The notes: a model not told the origin generated them from the letters alone. A DNA stretch of 32,000 nucleotides from Delftia acidovorans NBRC 14950 (GCF_001598795.1 NZ_BCZP01000018.1:60001-92000), one strand, 5' to 3'. Shown: positions 8,754 through 17,936, numbered from the stretch's first letter. Made by a program: numbers and translations.

Positions 8754-10493
8754 ATGAGCATCGATTCCATGGCGGCGCCCGCCGCCGCCCCCCTTGCTGC
8801 GCGCGCACGGCGCATTCCGTCGGGCTGGGGGCCGTGGCTGGCCTTCGCGCTGATCCTGGCCTTTTTGCTGGCCTTTCTCATCGTGCCCGTGGGCATGGTG
8901 GTCTACACCGCCTTCGTCAATGAAGGCGGCGGGCTCACGCTGGGGCACTTCGGCAATTTCTTCGGCCAGACCGTCTTCCGCGAGTCGTTCTTCAACAGCC
9001 TGGGCGTGTCCCTGGCCAGCGTGTTCTTCGCCAGCCTGATCGCCGTGCCGCTGGCCTACCTGACCGTGCGCTTCGAGTTCCGGGGCGCGCTGCTGATACA
9101 GACGCTGGGCGTGCTGCCGCTGATCATGCCGCCCTTCGTGGGGGCGGTGGCGCTGCAGCTGATCTTCGGGCGCAGCGGCTCGGTCAACCTGCTGCTGGAC
9201 GACTGGTTCGGCTTCACCGTGCCCATCATGGAGGGGCTGACGGGCGTGATCTTCGTGGAGAGCATCCACTACTTCCCGTTCATCCTGCTCAACCTCGTGG
9301 CGGCCATGCGCAATATCGACGGGGCCATGGAGGAGTCGGCGCTGAACCTGGGCTCGCGTGGCTTTCGGCTGTTTCGGCGCGTGATCTTTCCGCTGGCCAT
9401 GCCCGGCTACCTGGCGGGCGCGGCCCTGGTGTTCGTGAAAGTGTTCGACGACCTGGGCACGCCGCTGGTGATGGGCGTGACCAATATGCTGGCGCCCCAG
9501 GCCTATCTGCGCATCACCTCGGTGGGGCTCGATGATCCGCTGGGCTATGTGATCAGCGTGATCATGATCGCGTTCTCCATCGTCGCCCTGTGGCTGGCTG
9601 CGCGGGTGATGAAGGGCAAGGACTACGCCACGCTGCAAAAGGGCGGCAGCGCGCTGCAAAAGCGCCGGCTGTCGGCCTGGGAGGCGCTGCTGGCCTATGG
9701 CTGGATCGCCCTGGTGCTGCTGGTGGTGCTGGCGCCGCACATCGGCATCTTGCTGATGTCGTTCTCCAAGGTCTGGAGCTTCTCGGTGCTGCCCGACAGC
9801 TACACGCTGGAGCACTACGCCACGGTGTTCACCGACTCGGGCTACATGATCGGCAACACGCTGCTGTACTGCCTGATGGCGGCGGGCATCGACGTGGTGA
9901 TCGGCACCGCCATCGCCTACCTGATCCTGCGCACCCGGCTGCCTGCCCGGCAGTGGCTGGACTATCTGGCCTCGGTGGCACTGGCGATTCCGGGGCTGGT
10001 GCTGGCCATCGGCTATCTGCGGCTGTTCAAGGGCGTGAACCTGCCCTTCACCGATACGCCCATCGTCACCACCTGGGTGCTGATCATGCTGGCCTATGCG
10101 GTGCGGCGGCTGCCGTATGCGCTGCGCTCGTGCATGGCGGCGCTGCAGCAGGTGCACATCTCGCTGGAGGAGGCCGCGCAAAGCTTGGGCGCGGGCCGCA
10201 CCAGCGTGATACGGCGCGTGATGGTGCCGCTGATGGCCGGCGGCATCCTGGCCGGCTTCGTCACCAGCTTCATCACGGCGGCCGTGGAACTGTCGGCCAC
10301 CATCATGCTGGCCTCGGCCCAGAGCCAGGCGCCCATGAGCTACGGCATCTACCTGTACATGCAAAGCATTTCGGGGCGCGGACCCGGTGCGGCATTGGGC
10401 GTGCTGGCCGTGGTCGTGGTCGGCCTGGGCACGTATTTCTCGCACCGCTTCGTGGAGCGCTCGCGCGCCACCGTGCAATCGACTTCGGAGTGA
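8754..10493 (+). CDS. ABC transporter permease, fused double MetI-type domain (FbpB/ThiP-like)
   Basis: 579 aa with ~12 hydrophobic segments and two EAA-loop-like regions (MEESALNLGSRGFRLFRRVIFPLAMP and LEEAAQSLGAGRTSVIRRVMVPLMAG). Confidence 0.9.
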   Translation: MSIDSMAAPAAAPLAARARRIPSGWGPWLAFALILAFLLAFLIVPVGMVVYTAFVNEGGGLTLGHFGNFFGQTVFRESFFNSLGVSLASVFFASLIAVPLAYLTVRFEFRGALLIQTLGVLPLIMPPFVGAVALQLIFGRSGSVNLLLDDWFGFTVPIMEGLTGVIFVESIHYFPFILLNLVAAMRNIDGAMEESALNLGSRGFRLFRRVIFPLAMPGYLAGAALVFVKVFDDLGTPLVMGVTNMLAPQAYLRITSVGLDDPLGYVISVIMIAFSIVALWLAARVMKGKDYATLQKGGSALQKRRLSAWEALLAYGWIALVLLVVLAPHIGILLMSFSKVWSFSVLPDSYTLEHYATVFTDSGYMIGNTLLYCLMAAGIDVVIGTAIAYLILRTRLPARQWLDYLASVALAIPGLVLAIGYLRLFKGVNLPFTDTPIVTTWVLIMLAYAVRRLPYALRSCMAALQQVHISLEEAAQSLGAGRTSVIRRVMVPLMAGGILAGFVTSFITAAVELSATIMLASAQSQAPMSYGIYLYMQSISGRGPGAALGVLAVVVVGLGTYFSHRFVERSRATVQSTSE

Positions 10494-10499
10494 AACGCC

Positions 10500-11591
10500 A
10501 TGCACCTGGACCCTGTCTCCCTCGAATGCAGGCACATCAGCCTGAGCTACGGCAGCAACGAAGTGCTGCGCGACGTCAACCTCAAGATCGAGCCCGGCGA
10601 GTTCTTCGCGCTGCTGGGGCCTTCGGGCTCGGGCAAGTCCACGCTGCTGCGGCTGATCGCGGGCTTCAACCGGCACCAGCGCGGCGAGCTGCTGGTGGGC
10701 GGGCAGGACATCACGGGGGTTCCGCCGCATGCGCGCAACATCGGCATGGTGTTCCAGAACTATGCGCTGTGGCCGCACATGACGGTGTACGACAACGTGG
10801 CCTTCGGCCTGGTCGAGCGCCGCGAAAGCCGCGACACCATCCGCCGCAAGGTGGGCGAAGTGCTGGAGCTGGTGGGCCTGTCGCAGTACGCGCAGCGCCG
10901 CCCGGGCCAGCTGTCGGGCGGGCAGCAGCAGCGCGTGGCGCTGGCGCGCACCGTGGTCATCGCGCCCAAGCTGCTGCTGTTGGACGAGCCCCTGTCCAAC
11001 CTCGACAAGCAGCTGCGCGTGCAGATGCGCGAGGAACTGCGCAGCCTGCAGCGCAAGCTGGGCCTGACCACCATCTTCGTCACCCACGACCAGGAAGAGG
11101 CCATGACCACGGCCGACCGCATGGCCGTGCTCGACAAGGGCGTGCTGCAGCAGGTGGGCTCGGCGGCGGGGCTGTACGACTATCCGGCCAACCGCTTCGT
11201 GGCGGGCTTTGTCGGCACGGCCAATGTGCTGGAGGGCGAGGTGTTGCCGACGATAGGCGAGTCGCTGGCCTTCAAGGTGCCGGGCCTGGGCACGCTGACC
11301 CTGCCGCGCCCGGCCCAGCCGCCCGCGCCGGGGCGTGCGGCGCTGGCCTTCCGGCCGCACCAGGTGCAGATTGCGGTGCGCGACGATGCGGGCGATGCCT
11401 CGCGTGTGTGGGTGGAAGGGCAGATCGAAAGCGCCGAGTTCCTGGGCGAGTTCTCGCGCTACCGCGTGCGCGTGGGCGAGGTGGCCGTGGTCGCCGACCA
11501 GGCGCACTACGCGGGCATTGCCATGTTCCCCATGGGCATGCCGGTGCGCCTGGGCATCGAGCCCACGCAGCTGCGCTACCTCGACGAGTGA
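10500..11591 (+). CDS. ABC transporter ATP-binding protein (PotA/FbpC-like with C-terminal TOBE-type domain)
   Basis: Walker A GPSGSGKST, Q-loop, signature LSGGQQQRVALAR, Walker B LLLLDEP and H-loop VTHDQEEA. Starts 6 nt after the permease stop. Confidence 0.92.
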   Translation: MHLDPVSLECRHISLSYGSNEVLRDVNLKIEPGEFFALLGPSGSGKSTLLRLIAGFNRHQRGELLVGGQDITGVPPHARNIGMVFQNYALWPHMTVYDNVAFGLVERRESRDTIRRKVGEVLELVGLSQYAQRRPGQLSGGQQQRVALARTVVIAPKLLLLDEPLSNLDKQLRVQMREELRSLQRKLGLTTIFVTHDQEEAMTTADRMAVLDKGVLQQVGSAAGLYDYPANRFVAGFVGTANVLEGEVLPTIGESLAFKVPGLGTLTLPRPAQPPAPGRAALAFRPHQVQIAVRDDAGDASRVWVEGQIESAEFLGEFSRYRVRVGEVAVVADQAHYAGIAMFPMGMPVRLGIEPTQLRYLDE

Positions 11592-11674
11592 ACGATGAGA
11601 CGGCTAGGGATGTTCCCTGAAACCCGGGCCTGCCCGGGCCGCAGGCCCTGGCGCCTGCGCTAGGCTGGCCGCCC

Positions 11675-12583
11675 ATGGAGATGTATCAGCTGCGCGCCTA
11701 CGTCACGGCGGCCACGCTGGGCAGCGTCACGCGCACGGCCGAGGCCCTGCACCTGACGCAGCCCGCTATCACGGCCCAGATCAAGGCACTGGAAGAAGAG
11801 CTGGGCGTGGCGCTGTTCGACCGGCGCCCGGGCCGCATCAGCCTTACGCGGGCCGGCGAGGCCCTGATGGAGCCCGCCCGGCAGGTGCTGGATGCTGCAG
11901 GACGCCTGCAGGGCCAGGCCCGCGAGCTGCAGGGCGAGATCACCGGCCAGCTGCTGCTGGGCACGGTGGCCGACCCCGAGGCGCTGCGCCTGGGCTCGCT
12001 GCTGCATGGCCTGGTGGAGGCGCTGCCGCTGCTGGACATCAAGACACGCCAGGGCTGGGCAGAGGAGTTGCGCGCGCAGGTCGCGGCCGGCGGCCTGCAG
12101 GGCGCGTTCTACATCGGCGCCCACATGCCGCGCGATCTGGGCGCCCTGGTGCTGCAGACGCTGCACTACCGCGTGGCGGCGCCGCCCGCGCTGCGCGAGC
12201 GCGTCCTGCAATCGGGCTGGAAAGACCTGGCGCAACTGCCCTGGATCGGTGCGCCCGCGCAGCACCATGAGCAGGCCCTGCTGCTGGCGCTGTTCGCCCG
12301 CCAGGGGCTGAGCCCCAATCAGATCGTGGAAAGCGATGCCGCCGCCGCGCCCGAGAGCCTGGTGCGCGCCGGCCTGGGCCTGGCGCTGCTGCGCGAGGAC
12401 CGCGCCCTGGCCGCGGCCGAGCATGGCTGCGTGGCCATCTGGCCGCATGCGCGCGTGGTGGCGCAACTGGGCTTCATCCACCCGCGCGAGGCCGAGCACG
12501 ACCCGGCCCTGGTGGCCACGCTGTCGCAGCTGCGCAGGGTCTGGGGGCTGACCGAGGTTCAGGCGGCGCCGCCGCTGGCCTGA
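11675..12583 (+). CDS. LysR family transcriptional regulator
   Basis: N-terminal wHTH MEMYQLRAYVTAATLGSVTRTAEALHLTQPAITAQIKALEEELGVALFDR, followed by a LysR substrate-binding-type C-terminal domain. Confidence 0.9.
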   Translation: MEMYQLRAYVTAATLGSVTRTAEALHLTQPAITAQIKALEEELGVALFDRRPGRISLTRAGEALMEPARQVLDAAGRLQGQARELQGEITGQLLLGTVADPEALRLGSLLHGLVEALPLLDIKTRQGWAEELRAQVAAGGLQGAFYIGAHMPRDLGALVLQTLHYRVAAPPALRERVLQSGWKDLAQLPWIGAPAQHHEQALLLALFARQGLSPNQIVESDAAAAPESLVRAGLGLALLREDRALAAAEHGCVAIWPHARVVAQLGFIHPREAEHDPALVATLSQLRRVWGLTEVQAAPPLA

Positions 12584-13203
12584 GGGGTGCCTGCCTGGAC
12601 GATGGCCTCGACCAGCGCATCGAGGCTGCCCTGGCGTTCCTGCTCGCCCACCTCGAACAGCTCCAGCACGCCGGTGCCGCGCAGGATGGCGAAGGCCATG
12701 GCCGCAAAGCCCTGGGGGCGGGGATGGTGGGCCGCGATCTCGGGGAAGACGTCCAGGAAGCGGGTGTAGAACACGCTGTCCACATGTACGCGGCGCGCGT
12801 CCACGCGGTCGAACAGCGAGGGGGAGGCCTTGCAGCCGAAGAACATGCTCCAGGCCGCCTGGTAGTTGGCCGCGCCGAAGATGTTGTCCCAGGCCAGGGT
12901 GACGAAGGCCTCGGCACGCTCGCGCAGGGGCAGGGCCTTGTCGGGCCAGACCGTGCCCTGGTCGCTCAGCGGCTCCATGACCTCGATGACCAGCCGCTCC
13001 ATCAGCGCATCGCGGCTCTCGAAGTGGTGCTGCAGCGCGCCCAGCGACACATCGGCGCCGCGCGCGATGGCCTGCAGCGTGGCGCTCTTGAAGCCGCCCT
13101 CGCGCAGCAGCGCCAGGGCGGAGTCGATGATCTTGCGTTGCGTTGTCTCCACACGCTCGGTCTGCGGCGTGCGTGCGCGCCGCTGCGTGGCGGACGTCGT
13201 CAT
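12559..13203 (-). CDS. TetR/AcrR family transcriptional regulator
   Basis: ATG at 13203 (MTTSATQRRAR...). TetR HTH IIDSALALLREGGFKSATLQAIARGADVSLGALQHHFESRDAL. The upstream in-frame extension to 13266 is AT-rich and non-coding in character. The 3' end overlaps the LysR 3' end by 25 nt. Confidence 0.88.
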   Translation of the reverse strand: MTTSATQRRARTPQTERVETTQRKIIDSALALLREGGFKSATLQAIARGADVSLGALQHHFESRDALMERLVIEVMEPLSDQGTVWPDKALPLRERAEAFVTLAWDNIFGAANYQAAWSMFFGCKASPSLFDRVDARRVHVDSVFYTRFLDVFPEIAAHHPRPQGFAAMAFAILRGTGVLELFEVGEQERQGSLDALVEAIVQAGTPQASGGAA

Positions 13204-13383
13204 GTTCTGGGCTCCAGAGGGCAAAAAAATAATAGTAGATTGTTTTTGTTTGTTGCGGGCGTTCAACCGTTGCCGCAGTGCGGCATGGCGGGCGGCAATG
13301 TGTCGATCGCCTTCGCTACTCCTTCTTTTTGGGCTTGTCCATAGGGATAAATTACAAGAAATAATAATTTATTGTTTTTTATA

Positions 13384-13399
13384 GTTGATACCCATCAAC
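13384..13399. promoter_or_regulatory. palindrome GTTGAT-accc-ATCAAC in the TetR/permease divergent control region (candidate operator)
   Basis: Read directly. It lies in a ~320-bp AT-rich intergenic region together with AATAAtTTATT (about 13364-13374) and CAAAAA-N15-TTTTTG (about 13222-13248). Confidence 0.3.
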
Positions 13400-13523
13400 A
13401 AGGGGCGCACAAGGCCCCGCATTCCAACAGGCACCCCACGAGGAGACATTGCCGTGAAGACCACCGAAGTGTTCCAACCCCTGCGCCGCCGCGCGCCTTG
13501 CTGAGAGCCGGAGCACCCCCTTG

Positions 13524-14948
13524 ATGCACAGTTCTTCTTCGCAGGGCCATCTGGAGCGCAGGCTCAAGAACCGCCATATCCAGCTCATCGCGCTGGGCGG
13601 CACCATCGGCACGGGCCTGTTCCTGGGCTCGGCCGGCATCATCGAGCTGGCCGGCCCGTCCGTGCTGCTCGGCTACGCCATTGGCGGGCTGATCATCTTT
13701 TTCATCATGCGTTTCCTGGGCGAGATGCTGGTCGAGGAGCCCAACGCGGGCTCGTTCAGCTATTTCGCCAACCGTTACCTGGGCCGCTTCGCGGGCTTTC
13801 TGGCGGGCTGGAACTGTGTGGCGCTGTATGTGCTCGTGGGCATGCTGGAGCTGACGGCCGCAGGCAAGTTCATCCAGTTCTGGTGGCCCGGCATACCCAC
13901 CTGGGTGACGGCGGCGGTGTTCTTCGTGCTGATCAACGGCGTGAACTTCATCAACGTCAAAGCCTATGGCGAGTTCGAGTTCTGGTTCGCGCTGATCAAG
14001 ATCGCGGCCGTGCTGGCCATGATCGCTGCGGGCGTGTATCTGCTGGCCAACGCCGACCGGCCCGAGCAGACCGTGCGCAACCTGTGGACGCACGGCGGCT
14101 TCTTCCCCAACGGCCTGTCCGGCCTGGTGATGGCCTTCGCCTTCATCATGTTCGCCTTCGGCGGCGTGGAGATGCTGGGCTTCGCGGCGGCCGAGACCGA
14201 CCAGCCGCGTACCGTCATCCCCAAGGCCGTGAACCAGCTCATCTACCGCGTGCTGGTGTTCTACATCGGCTCCATGGCCGTGCTGATGTCGCTGATGCCC
14301 TGGACCGTCCTGCTGGGCCAGCTCAAGGCCGGCGGCGACACCTACAGCAGCAGCCCCTTCGTGCTGGTGTTCTCGGGCCTGGGCGAGAACACGGCCGCCC
14401 ACCTGCTGAACTTCGTGATCCTCACGGCCACGCTGTCGGTCTACAACAGCATGGTCTACAGCAACAGCCGCCTGCTGTACGGCATGGCCAGCGAAGGCAA
14501 TGCGCCGCGCTCGCTGATGCAGGTCAACCGCCGCGGCGTGCCGGTGCGGGCCATCGTCTATCCGGCCATCTTCACGGCGCTGGCCATCGTGCTGAACTAT
14601 GTGGCGCCGGCCGGCGTGCTGGAGTTGCTGATGTCGCTGATCGTGGCGGCCCTGGTGATCACCTGGACCATCATCATCGTGGCGCACTGGCGCTTTCGCC
14701 GGGCGCATGTGGCGCGCAAGACCGTGCTGGGCTTTCCCGCACCGGCTGCGCCGCTGACCAACGCCATCGGCCTGGCCGCCATGGCCCTGGTGGTGGGCGT
14801 GATGCTGCTGACACCGTCGGTGCGGTCCTCCGCGCTGGCCATTCCGATCTGGGTCCTGGTGGTCTACGGGGCCTATCGCCTCGTGTTCCGCCAACGTCCC
14901 ACGCCTGTGCTGGAATCCGTACTGGAACCCGCGCACATCCCCCGTTGA
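13524..14948 (+). CDS. amino acid permease (APC superfamily, AroP/PheP-like; aromatic amino acid substrate inferred from context)
   Basis: KNRHIQLIALGGTIGTGLFLGSAG signature, ~12 TM segments, GGAG ~10 nt upstream. TTG 13521 immediately precedes ATG 13524. The next gene is hppD. Confidence 0.9.
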   Translation: MHSSSSQGHLERRLKNRHIQLIALGGTIGTGLFLGSAGIIELAGPSVLLGYAIGGLIIFFIMRFLGEMLVEEPNAGSFSYFANRYLGRFAGFLAGWNCVALYVLVGMLELTAAGKFIQFWWPGIPTWVTAAVFFVLINGVNFINVKAYGEFEFWFALIKIAAVLAMIAAGVYLLANADRPEQTVRNLWTHGGFFPNGLSGLVMAFAFIMFAFGGVEMLGFAAAETDQPRTVIPKAVNQLIYRVLVFYIGSMAVLMSLMPWTVLLGQLKAGGDTYSSSPFVLVFSGLGENTAAHLLNFVILTATLSVYNSMVYSNSRLLYGMASEGNAPRSLMQVNRRGVPVRAIVYPAIFTALAIVLNYVAPAGVLELLMSLIVAALVITWTIIIVAHWRFRRAHVARKTVLGFPAPAAPLTNAIGLAAMALVVGVMLLTPSVRSSALAIPIWVLVVYGAYRLVFRQRPTPVLESVLEPAHIPR

Positions 14949-14969
14949 AACCTTCAAGGAGAACCAACC

Positions 14970-16064
14970 ATGGCAGACCTGTTCGACAACCCGATGGGCC
15001 TGATGGGCTTCGAATTCGTGGAATTCGCGTCGCCCGCGCCCGGCGTGCTGGAGCCGCTGTTCGAGAAGCTGGGCTTCACCCTGGTGGCCAAGCACCGTTC
15101 CAAGAACGTGCTGCTGTACCGCCAGGGAGGCATCAACTTCATCATCAACAATGAGCCGGGGCAGGCCGCCTATTTCGCGGCCGAGCACGGCGCCTCGGCC
15201 TGCGGCCTGGCCTTCCGCGTCAAGGACGCGCACCAGGCCTACAAGCGCGCGCTGGAACTGGGCGCGCAGCCGGTGGAGATCCCCACGGGTCCCATGGAGC
15301 TGCGCCTGCCGGCCATCAAGGGCATCGGCGGCGCGCCGCTGTACCTGATCGACCGCTTCGACGAAGGCAAGTCCATCTACGACATCGACTTCGAGTTCCT
15401 GCCCGGCGTGGACCGCAACCCCAAGGGCCACGGCTTCCATGTGGTGGACCACCTGACGCACAACGTCTACCGTGGCCGCATGACCTACTGGGCGGACTTC
15501 TACAGCAAGCTGTTCAATTTCCGCGAGATCCGCTACTTCGACATCTCGGGCGAGTACACCGGCCTGGCTTCCAAGGCCATGACCGCGCCCGACGGCCTGA
15601 TCCGCATTCCGCTGAACGAGGAATCGCGCCAGGGCGGCGGCCAGATCGAGGAGTTCCTCATGCAGTTCAACGGCGAGGGCATCCAGCACATCGCGCTGCT
15701 GACGGACAATCTGCTGGACTCCATCGACCAGCTGCAGATGGCCGGCATTCCGCTGTTGACCGCGCCCAACGACATCTACTACCAGAACCTGGAAGGCCGC
15801 CTGCCCGGTCACGGCCAGCCCGTGGGCGAGCTGCAGGCACGCGGCATCCTGCTGGACGGCACGACCGAGGGCGGCCAGCCGCGCCTGCTGCTGCAGATCT
15901 TCTCCCAGCCCATGCTGGGCCCCGTGTTCTTCGAGTTCATCGAGCGCAAGGGCAACTACCGCGAAGGCTTCGGCGAAGGCAATTTCAAGGCCCTGTTCGA
16001 GTCCATGGAGCGCGACCAGATCAACCGCGGCGTGCTGCAGACCGAGGCACCGCAGGGCGCCTGA
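14970..16064 (+). CDS. hppD: 4-hydroxyphenylpyruvate dioxygenase
   Basis: [32 protein letters not shown]..., [31 protein letters not shown] and [10 protein letters not shown]...[18 protein letters not shown] are characteristic HppD motifs (two VOC-fold halves, His/His/Glu iron ligand contexts). Confidence 0.95.
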   Translation: MADLFDNPMGLMGFEFVEFASPAPGVLEPLFEKLGFTLVAKHRSKNVLLYRQGGINFIINNEPGQAAYFAAEHGASACGLAFRVKDAHQAYKRALELGAQPVEIPTGPMELRLPAIKGIGGAPLYLIDRFDEGKSIYDIDFEFLPGVDRNPKGHGFHVVDHLTHNVYRGRMTYWADFYSKLFNFREIRYFDISGEYTGLASKAMTAPDGLIRIPLNEESRQGGGQIEEFLMQFNGEGIQHIALLTDNLLDSIDQLQMAGIPLLTAPNDIYYQNLEGRLPGHGQPVGELQARGILLDGTTEGGQPRLLLQIFSQPMLGPVFFEFIERKGNYREGFGEGNFKALFESMERDQINRGVLQTEAPQGA

Positions 16065-16168
16065 TTCCGGCAGACGCAGCGCGCCCGCCCGGCCCTGGCC
16101 AGGTGGGCGCGCTGTCGTCAGGGTAAACACGGGCGGCCCTACACTCGGTGCCCATGAATTCCCCCTCG

Positions 16169-17230
16169 ATGCAACCGGTGGCGCTCGGTCAAAGCGCATT
16201 GCAAGTCAGCCCCATCTGCCTGGGCACCATGACGTTCGGCGAGCAGGTCGGCGAGGCCGAGGCCTTTGCCATCATGGACCGCGCGCTGGAGCGCGGCGTG
16301 GACTTCTTCGACACGGCCGAGATGTATGCCGTGCCCGCACGCGCCGAAACCTGTGGCGCCACCGAAACCATCATCGGCCGCTGGTTCGCCCAGCGCCCCG
16401 GCGCGCGCGCCAAGGTCGTGCTGGCCACCAAGGTGGCCGGTCCTTCGCGGGGCATGCCCTGGGTGCGCGAGGGCAAGGGCATGACGGCGGCCGACATCGC
16501 CGCCTCCTGCGAAGGCAGCCTGCGCCGCCTGGGCACGGACGTGATCGACCTCTACCAGATCCATTGGCCCGAGCGCAATGTGCCGGCCTTCGGCCAGCTG
16601 TACTACGACCCGTCCAAGGAAAGCTCGCAGACCGGCATCCACGAGCAGCTCGAGGCGCTGGGCCGCCTGGTCCGGGAAGGCAAGGTGCGCCACATCGGCC
16701 TGTCCAACGAAACGCCCTGGGGCGTGCACGAATTCGTGCGCCTGGCCGAGCAGCACGGCCTGCCGCGCGTGGCCTCGGTGCAGAACGCCTACTGCCTGCT
16801 CAACCGCAGCTGGGAAAACGGCATGGACGAAAGCTGCCACCGCCTGGGCGTGCCGCTGCTGGCCTATTCGCCGCTGGCTTTCGGCCTGCTCACGGGCAAG
16901 TTCGACGTGCATGCGCCCACCGATCCCGCTGCGCCGCAGGCCGCACGCATTGCGCGCTACGAGTCCGTGCGCAAGCAGCGCTGGGGCCGGCCCGAAGCCC
17001 TGGCCGCCGCGCGCCGCTACAACGCGCTGGCGCGCGAGCACGGCATGACGCCCACGCAGCTGGCGCTGGCGTTTTGCTACACCAAGTGGCAGGTGGCCAG
17101 CACCATCATCGGCGTGACCTCGGTGGCCCAGCTCGATGAGGACCTGAACGCCTGGGGCACGCAACTGTCGCCCGAACTGCTGTCGGCCATCGACGCCATC
17201 CGCTGGGAAGTGCGCGACCCTGCGCAATAG
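16169..17230 (+). CDS. NADP(H)-dependent aldo/keto reductase, Tas-like
   Basis: Collinear with my recollection of E. coli Tas from MQ...: LGTMTFGEQ, FFDTAEMY, DLYQIHWP, IGLSNET, VQNAYCLLNRS. Upstream in-frame GTG 16148 and ATG 16154 are alternative starts. Confidence 0.9.
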   Translation: MQPVALGQSALQVSPICLGTMTFGEQVGEAEAFAIMDRALERGVDFFDTAEMYAVPARAETCGATETIIGRWFAQRPGARAKVVLATKVAGPSRGMPWVREGKGMTAADIAASCEGSLRRLGTDVIDLYQIHWPERNVPAFGQLYYDPSKESSQTGIHEQLEALGRLVREGKVRHIGLSNETPWGVHEFVRLAEQHGLPRVASVQNAYCLLNRSWENGMDESCHRLGVPLLAYSPLAFGLLTGKFDVHAPTDPAAPQAARIARYESVRKQRWGRPEALAAARRYNALAREHGMTPTQLALAFCYTKWQVASTIIGVTSVAQLDEDLNAWGTQLSPELLSAIDAIRWEVRDPAQ

Positions 17231-17254
17231 GCCTAGGCCCTGCGCAATAGGCCT
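17218..17254 (+). repeat. 20-bp-period tandem duplication (ccctgcgcaataggcct x2) spanning the reductase stop codon
   Basis: Copy 1 is 17218-17234 and includes TAG 17228-17230. Copy 2 is 17238-17254 and is identical over 17 nt. Confidence 0.9.
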
Positions 17255-17267
17255 CGCCACTGCATCT

Positions 17268-17936
17268 TCAGCGGCTGCACTCGCCCTTGAGCGCAGCGGC
17301 CGCCAGCATGGGCAGGCTCAGCAGGCCCATGCCGCCGCCCTTGAACTCGCCCTTCATGCAATCGCCCTGGGCGGCCTCACGCATGCCGCTGGCCAGCGGG
17401 TCCTCGCGCTGCGCATGGATCTGGGGCCTGACCAGGCCTTGCCGGGCCGCCGACTGCACGGCCTCGCGGCCTGCGGCCGAGTCCAGCAGGCGGCTCATGG
17501 CCCTGGCGCTGCGCGCGGTGTCCGGGACGGCCTCGGTGTCGGCGGGCACAGGCGCTTGCGGCGCGGCGGCTGTTGCGGCTTCCTCCATGGCCTTTGCCGC
17601 CCCTGCGCTTTGCCTTGAAGGCGGTGCGGCGGTGTCCGGCCGCCGCGCAGGCTTGGGCCTGGGCGCGGAACTGGGCGCGGGCGCCGGTCCGGGCCGGGCA
17701 GCCGCTGGAGCAGGAGAGGGGGCCGGCGTCGGCGTCGGCATCGGCATCGGCATCGGCATCGGCGTCTCGACCCAGACCACCTGAAGGCGGTGCGCCTCGG
17801 CCTGCCCGGTGCCGGGCCGCGCAATGTCCGGGGACAGACCCTGCCACAGCAGCGCCCCGTGCAGCAGCAGCGACAGCAGCAGGCCCGCGATCAGCCGCAG
17901 CCGTCCGCTGCTCAAGCCTCGGGCCCTGCCACCCAT
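17268..17936 (-). CDS. hypothetical membrane-anchored protein with Pro/Ala-rich linker (PMPMPMPMPTPTP)
   Basis: N-terminal anchor RLRLIAGLLLSLLLHGALLW, a long P/A-rich low-complexity middle and a C-terminal ~70 aa with two Cys. The start is ambiguous: ATG 17960, ATG 17936, or TTG 17915, which overlaps the HTH stop as cTTGAg. Last gene of the DUF2975-HTH operon. Confidence 0.5.
   Translation of the reverse strand: MGGRARGLSSGRLRLIAGLLLSLLLHGALLWQGLSPDIARPGTGQAEAHRLQVVWVETPMPMPMPMPTPTPAPSPAPAAARPGPAPAPSSAPRPKPARRPDTAAPPSRQSAGAAKAMEEAATAAAPQAPVPADTEAVPDTARSARAMSRLLDSAAGREAVQSAARQGLVRPQIHAQREDPLASGMREAAQGDCMKGEFKGGGMGLLSLPMLAAAALKGECSR
17725..17766 (-). repeat. in-frame hexanucleotide repeat (GGCRTC)x7 on + strand, encoding (Pro-Met)/(Pro-Thr) repeats on - strand
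   Basis: Read directly: ggcgtc x2, ggcatc x4, ggcgtc x1. Confidence 0.9.

Noticed and set aside
13204-13266. N-terminal extension of the TetR ORF (MNARNKQKQSTIIFLPSGAQN) and the 19-codon + strand ORF MAGGNVSIAFATPSFWACP (13285-13344).
   Set aside because: Composition is AT-rich and low-complexity, unlike the rest of the coding sequence. There is no SD. ATG 13203 gives a normal TetR N-terminus.
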